40,000 nucleotides of DNA from NCBI GenBank assembly GCA_963826715.1, contig CAWGYA010000008.1, forward strand, positions 1,028,415-1,068,414. The letters run 5' to 3'. Origin of the DNA: Candidatus Bathyarchaeota archaeon. GTDB lineage: Archaea; Thermoproteota; Bathyarchaeia; Bathyarchaeales; Bathycorpusculaceae. The position numbers were made by a program, and so were the translations under genes. The notes beneath the pieces were generated by a model. The model worked only from the letters and a program-made list of their open reading frames with translations, was not told where the DNA came from and made no database searches. Below, piece by piece: positions 36,001 to 40,000 of the stretch (position 1 is the first letter of the stretch; each line of letters opens with the position of its first letter).

Positions 36001-37291
36001 CTCGAGAATAGCCTAATTGACGATGCGATACATCATTAAATTCAAGAACCGCGGCATTGTCTGGGTCTACAACAAGAACACCTACAGGTGTTTGCTCAAA
36101 AAGTGCTCGGTGGAGTTTTTCCGCTTCTTTAATTTTGATTTCCATCTGTTTTCGATGAGTAACTGGCACAGTTATTTCCAGGGCAGCGGCAACTTCGCCA
36201 TTTTTATCTAAAATTGGTGTGGTGGTTACCTGCAACACAAAACTTTTGCCATCTTTTGCGATCCCTTCAGCTTCTTTGATATCACACACTGCACCATCAA
36301 AGATTTTTTTGACTCCACAATCTAAGCAGATCGCCATTTGGTTATGTAACTTTCTATAACATGTTTTGTTTTCGATATCGCTGCCGAAGATTTCTTTCAG
36401 TTGTTTGTTAGACCAGAGAATTTGATAGTTTCTGGTGATAATTGTGAGGCCGACACCTGTGTTTTTAGTTACTGCTTCAAGCAAATCATGTTGCTGTTTA
36501 AGAGTATACTCGTAGTTTTTGCGTTCACTTATGTCGCGGACGGCTGCAACTATTAATTCTTCGTTTCCAACATTGATTTTCGAGAGCGTAACTTCAGAAG
36601 GAAATTCAAAGTTACCCTTTCTTAATCCAGGAAACTCTATTGCTTTTTTAATGACTCCTTGCTCTTTGATGAATTTTTCTCTAACTTTAGTAAGCAAGTC
36701 AAAGGCTTGTGGTGGTACGATGGTCTCTTTTAGGGTTTTGCCCATTATTTCATCTTGTCTATAGCCGTAGATTCTTTGAGCGGCTGCGTTCCAGTACCGA
36801 ATTTTTTCTTGCTCATCAAATAAAACAACGGCATCAAAGATACTGTCGCTGATGGTTCTGAATTTTAATTCGGTGTTACTTAGATTGTATTGAAGTTCTT
36901 TTTGCTTCCTAGACCTCTTGGTGACATCGCGGAAAACAATGAAATCAAGTACTTGACCGCAATGTTTAACCCGTTTTGCATTAACTTCAAGAAGGATTGT
37001 CTCGTTCTGTTTATTTTTAAGTGAGATTTCATATGGTTCAATTTCTACGCCATCAAGTCTTTTTTTCATTTTTTCTTTGATAAGTAGTGTTTGTATTTCA
37101 TCAAAAAAGTGTTGGTCAAAGAAACTTTTTCCAAGAAGGTCCTCAACAGGTATTCCTGTATATTTTTCTGTAATTAAGTTTGCAAACAGAACCTGGCCTG
37201 CAGAATTAATCATTACCGCAGGATCAGCTATGAACTCAATTATTTCGTTGATGAGGGCGCTATGTTTCTTGTTCAGGTTTTTCTCCGTCAT
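33047..37291 (-). CDS. Multi-PAS (about 9 PAS domains) sensor histidine kinase
   Basis: 1414 aa. Repeated PAS units. H-box 'GHDLRNPL'. N box 'NLVKNAIE'. 'HDTGSGI' and 'GMGFGL'. No obvious TM segment. Confidence 0.92.
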   Translation of the reverse strand: MTEKNLNKKHSALINEIIEFIADPAVMINSAGQVLFANLITEKYTGIPVEDLLGKSFFDQHFFDEIQTLLIKEKMKKRLDGVEIEPYEISLKNKQNETILLEVNAKRVKHCGQVLDFIVFRDVTKRSRKQKELQYNLSNTELKFRTISDSIFDAVVLFDEQEKIRYWNAAAQRIYGYRQDEIMGKTLKETIVPPQAFDLLTKVREKFIKEQGVIKKAIEFPGLRKGNFEFPSEVTLSKINVGNEELIVAAVRDISERKNYEYTLKQQHDLLEAVTKNTGVGLTIITRNYQILWSNKQLKEIFGSDIENKTCYRKLHNQMAICLDCGVKKIFDGAVCDIKEAEGIAKDGKSFVLQVTTTPILDKNGEVAAALEITVPVTHRKQMEIKIKEAEKLHRALFEQTPVGVLVVDPDNAAVLEFNDVSHRQLGYSREEFSKLHMWDFEALVKPQEILEQLGSVLKVGKNEFLTKHRTKNNEIRLVVVNQCKIELSGREVILATCHDVTSINRMYDELQSAEEKFRGITNSIKDALILIDEHAKVTYWNPAAEKTFGYTKKEVIGRKIHDLVVPQSMCREGRVRIEESMKIFSETGMGYFTVGKVELVGRRKDGSEFPAELSVSSLNANGSWKAVGIVKDITERKIADQKLRDAEQRYHALFNQAPLGVLVIDPETNECIEFNDCAHQQLGYTREEFEKIPIYEIEAKKSLEEIKAHTKQMIESGGEEFQTQHRTKNGEIRNVIVTTRTFQTAGKKYLYVIFHDITEIKKVQNALIASESRYRQLVELAHEGIWAINNDFKVVFVNPRMTQMLGYTGSEMRGKQIIDFFNAEEREKNKAILEEYKASGGTGQFEFKFSKKDGQRVDAIIALSTITDDQKQKIGMLAVISDITERKRAEQALAESEERFRAISTSAMDAIVLSDMDDKVIYWNPGAEKIFGFLAEEVLGKKITELIIPLKAQNKYIQTRKELNNKPTSKRELGISALRKNGSAFPIDLSVITVRLKDKNCLLLIVRDITESKALEEALRQERDLLESVATSTNIVLAIINHDYKVIWANETAKQVVHCNKIENRACYETLGNGSKGVCEGCGVKKVFEEGKNIVRRDYKIKTSERDVWSELITTPIKDKDGSIIAALEIAIDITERKHLQNKLAEYSQKLEELVQKRTEQLKKTQAELVKSERLAAIGELAGMVGHDLRNPLTGIKNSAYFLKKKGTKLPLKQTQEMLEIIDKCVDYSNKIVSDLLDYSREIHLELVEDSPKNLLSEALKFIIIPKKVKIKNKLPETPLLNVDPDKIKRVFINLVKNAIEVMPSGGNLTVDSLEVKGSMEISFHDTGSGISDEVLPKLFAPLYTTKAQGMGFGLAICKRIIEAHGGTITVSTIKNYGTTFTVTLPFKPKFEIGGEKVWIKIPESSLSTTMKP

Positions 37292-37688
37292 CCATTAACG
37301 CCTCCAAGTTCATTGTTTTAGTCTCGTTTTCTACACTGCTTCTTGCCAGTTTGACATATTTTTCAAAGGTTATGTCTGGAACAAGCCATTTTGGTCCAAC
37401 CCACTTGTAACTGCGTTTTACTCGTTGGTTTAGGCACTTTATTATTAAAAGTTCAACTTGTCTCGCTGCTTGACCAAAAATTCTGTCTAGGGCATCAGAG
37501 AAATCGTCTATGCGGTCGGGTATGTCCTGTTTTGAAAGGGTAAATTTGGTTTCAAGATGAAAATAAAGCGATAACTGTACATTTGCCCCTAAGCTTGCGA
37601 AGGCATCATCTATGGAGTCTAGCAATATCCCTGTGAACTTTTGGTCAGCTTTCGTTTTAGCCAAATATTTCATCTCAAACTTTGCCAT
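37260..37688 (-). CDS. Small conserved-looking hypothetical protein upstream of the kinase
   Basis: 'LLDSIDDAFASLGANVQLSLYFHLETKF...IPDRIDDFSDALDRIFGQAA'. ATG at 37688; the track start at 37712 is GTG. Its 3' end overlaps the kinase start by 32 nt. Confidence 0.6.
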   Translation of the reverse strand: MAKFEMKYLAKTKADQKFTGILLDSIDDAFASLGANVQLSLYFHLETKFTLSKQDIPDRIDDFSDALDRIFGQAARQVELLIIKCLNQRVKRSYKWVGPKWLVPDITFEKYVKLARSSVENETKTMNLEALMDDGEKPEQET

Positions 37689-38013
37689 AGCGTTTTTTTT
37701 CTTACTTTTCACTACGGTTAAGGTGCTGAAATGAAAGTAAAGCCTTATGAATCATTAATCATGCTTTTCAATCAACTACTGTATGGCTAAGGTGTTTCCA
37801 TGGAAAAAGTAAATGGGACAAGTAAGTTAATTTAATAATGTAAGACACTCTTTTAGTCATTTACTTATTCTTGGTTCTCTGTCGTTTTTTCCTATATACT
37901 CAGGTGCGATAGTATAAGCTTTTAATAGCTCGAAGCTGGAAACATCTCCCGCAAAATTCCATTTTTTTCTTTCAAAATAATTTCACCCAACAATAATTGT
38001 TGAATACAGAAAA

Positions 38014-38232
38014 CTAAATTCTGACATCGGACTCTGCCCAGAGTGGATAGTGGTCAGAAATGCGATACGACAGTTGATTTTTGTGAGGTTTATGGATGAT
38101 ATAGTGTAAGGTACGAAGTCAAAAATGCCACCCGTAATGTACTTCAAGGTAAGGTAGGAATTCTTTTTTCTGAGTAAACCAAGCGATTTGATCGTAAAAA
38201 TGGTTCAGGTCTGGCTTGAGAGGAAGCAGTTA
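38014..38232 (-). pseudogene. Degraded endonuclease/exonuclease/phosphatase (EEP)-family gene remnant
   Basis: Hand translation gives '...PDLNHFYDQIAWF...VHYGWHF*LRTLHYIIHKPHKNQLSYRISDHYPLWAESDVRI*'. 'SDHYPLWAE' is the EEP C-terminal signature. There is an in-frame TGA at 38119-21, and the upstream frames are broken. Confidence 0.45.
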
Positions 38233-38481
38233 GCACATTCATTCTTTGTACTCTGCATGTTAAATATGGTCGGACCGCAGGAATGCATACCTGACTTGAA
38301 GACCATTGCCGAGTGTCTTCACGATTGGGCAAAAGAACTACCGTTAATGGGTGCCCTTGTTGAGTTGATAAAAAAAATGGCAAATTTCGCCCTAACAATA
38401 TTTATTCAAAGCGCATTCTTTAAGCAAATTTGTTCAAAGCTCTTATAAACACTCAAGACATAATACTCTTGGTGTGTTAAA

Positions 38482-38736
38482 TTGTCTAGTTTTGATGAAG
38501 AAATCAAAAAACAAAAAAGAATGACCACGCAACTAGCCGTCGACGAAGTAAATAATTGGATTAAAACTATGCCAGTCGAGAAAAGAAAACAAGTTGTAGC
38601 TGCTGTAGGAACAAGATCATTTACCCCCGAACAATTAGCCAAGGAAATACAAGACGAAACCGAATACGGCAAGAAACTTGTAACAATGATTAACCGACTC
38701 CGAATTGAAATCACAAAAAAACCGGAGGAACAATGA
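38482..38736 (+). CDS. Hypothetical 71-84-aa protein
   Basis: ORF with TTG at 38482 or ATG at 38521. Its stop lies 1 nt before the ATG of the next gene. I recognise no family. Confidence 0.45.
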   Translation: MSSFDEEIKKQKRMTTQLAVDEVNNWIKTMPVEKRKQVVAAVGTRSFTPEQLAKEIQDETEYGKKLVTMINRLRIEITKKPEEQ

Positions 38737-38737
38737 T

Positions 38738-39541
38738 ATGTCAGCTAAAAATCTGAGAAGAGTTGTTGCGAAACCAGTTTTGGCAACTTCAACTGCGAAA
38801 GTCTCCGTAGCTAACCCCAACTTATTGCTTTCAGACAAGCTGATAATTAGCAAACTGAAACTTTGGTGGACAACCAAAAACTTGCTTATAATTCGCCCAA
38901 AATTCCCAAACGACGGTTACACCGGCAGTTTCTCGTTCCAAGCCTGTGAATTAGTTAAAAATAAAGCCATCGCAGAAGGATGGACCGTTACAGACTTGCA
39001 GATAAACAATGCTAACCGAGCTAATGTAACTCAAACAATCAATACTAAACCATTTGACTTCGTAATCCACTACGACCACGGCGGAGACTTCGTTATGTGC
39101 GGACAAAACAACAATCAATTCGAAAACGCAATCGACAATAATAACGTGGATCTGCTCAAAGGCAAAGCAGCAAGCACTGTTTCATGTGATACTGCGATAG
39201 GACTGGGACCTTTAGCTGTAACTTCAGGTGCACGAGCCTACTTGGGCTATCATGATTTGCACTGGGTTTATTTTGCTTGGACAGGACAATTTACTGAAGC
39301 ATCAAACGCAGCAAACTACGCATTACTGGAAGGCAAAACCTTCCAAGACGCATTCAACATAGCATACAATGTATACACACAAAAATACCAGCAGATTCTC
39401 AATGGAGGCGACACACTTGCGGCATCAGCCATGCTGCATAACAGAAATTGCTTAACCCTGCTTGGCGACCCAAACGCAAAGGCAATCGGCAGACACTCAA
39501 TTTTCGAATTAATAAAACCAATTGCAATAACTAATCCATAA
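38738..39541 (+). CDS. Minimal clan-CD (peptidase C25/gingipain-like) cysteine peptidase domain protein
   Basis: 'IHYDHGGDF' (His-Gly) followed 36 aa later by 'STVSCDTAIG' (Cys), then 'GARAYLGY' and a terminal 'LTLLGDPNA'. This order and spacing match C25-type peptidases. ATG at 38738. Confidence 0.55.
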   Translation: MSAKNLRRVVAKPVLATSTAKVSVANPNLLLSDKLIISKLKLWWTTKNLLIIRPKFPNDGYTGSFSFQACELVKNKAIAEGWTVTDLQINNANRANVTQTINTKPFDFVIHYDHGGDFVMCGQNNNQFENAIDNNNVDLLKGKAASTVSCDTAIGLGPLAVTSGARAYLGYHDLHWVYFAWTGQFTEASNAANYALLEGKTFQDAFNIAYNVYTQKYQQILNGGDTLAASAMLHNRNCLTLLGDPNAKAIGRHSIFELIKPIAITNP

Positions 39542-39679
39542 AACTCCACCATATCACCTTCTTTTTTTATTAAAAAAGGCACTGCCAGACTTTGAGTTTA
39601 ATTCTCAAAATTAATTAAGTATTAAAAAACAAAAAAAGAAAGTATAGGATAAACTACTGACTTTGATTTTAAGCGGGTG

Positions 39680-40000
39680 TTAAGGTGTTAAAGCGAAGGC
39701 TATGGCGCGTGAAGCGTCGTATTGACTTTGACGTGAAAATCCATTGATTGCCCGTGCTGCAACGTACAAGTGAACGGCAAAAGCGGCGCTTGGACATGTT
39801 CCCAGAAGGTTCGCAACGGTGTCTTTATAGATGAACGCAGAAACTGCTACAGCCCCTGAAGTGCTATAGACACCGTTTGGTCCTTTGATGATTCCAAAAG
39901 AGTAGTCTGCCATGAGCGTTGAATGAGAAGCAACATAGACTATCTGAACAAAATCGTTTTTATTATTGAATTTAAGCATTCCACATTGGTTCGCTGCCAC
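39680..40000 (-). CDS. Hypothetical protein, 5' end probably beyond the window
   Basis: The ORF is open to the window edge, so the apparent GTG start at 40000 may be an artefact. I recognise no family. Confidence 0.35.
   Translation of the reverse strand: MAANQCGMLKFNNKNDFVQIVYVASHSTLMADYSFGIIKGPNGVYSTSGAVAVSAFIYKDTVANLLGTCPSAAFAVHLYVAARAINGFSRQSQYDASRAIAFALTP

Noticed and set aside
38119-38121. In-frame TGA in the EEP-like reading frame as a selenocysteine or recoding site
   Set aside because: The upstream sequence is also frame-broken and has a TAA at 38230-32. The position does not correspond to a catalytic Cys, and I saw no SECIS-like structure. Pseudogenisation is the simpler explanation.
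38144-38448. Track ORFs 38144-38398 (-) and 38188-38448 (+) as genes
   Set aside because: They are mutually antisense, have odd composition and no recognisable motifs, and sit on the degraded EEP remnant.
1-40000. CRISPR arrays, rRNA genes, IS elements, prophage blocks
   Set aside because: No regularly spaced direct repeats, rRNA-like segments, terminal inverted repeats or phage/transposase-like ORFs were seen on either strand.

Overview
This looks like an archaeal chromosomal segment. Group II chaperonin (thermosome), NucS, the AcnX/UbiD-type mevalonate pathway, an eno-rps2-MEMO operon and oligo-T terminators all point that way. I cannot name the lineage from sequence alone. The window is gene-dense and mostly housekeeping. 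It contains: enolase/uS2/MEMO; tRNA-Pro(UGG); a B12-radical-SAM plus DUF2085 pair; a NifU-like protein; an MscS-like channel; a DtxR-FeoB iron module with palindromic operators; NucS; a UbiD-AcnX(large)-AcnX(small) mevalonate cluster; thermosome; mevalonate kinase; GlyA and SerA; and a TusA-IscS-IscU-miniprotein-DsrE sulfur/Fe-S operon. It also has a two-component module with a 1414-aa sensor kinase carrying about nine PAS domains. The right end is less ordinary, with a degraded EEP-nuclease remnant, a small gene and a minimal C25/clan-CD-like peptidase. The best candidate for something undescribed is a two-gene unit at 22881-25335. A HycE-like NuoC-NuoD fused [NiFe]-hydrogenase large subunit, with both Ni-Fe cysteine motifs intact, has no small-subunit, membrane or maturation partner in the window. 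Its stop lies 1 nt from the start of a SagB/ThcOx-type FMN dehydrogenase, and the pair sits beside the sulfur-relay operon. That operon's IscS lacks the PLP lysine. I also found two unlisted Cys-rich mini-ORFs, a 66-nt structured hairpin in a 527-nt gap, an acidic N-terminal extension on uS2, and a weak L22e-like small protein. I found no CRISPR array, rRNA, transposase or integrase. All family assignments come from motif recognition by eye, not from searches.
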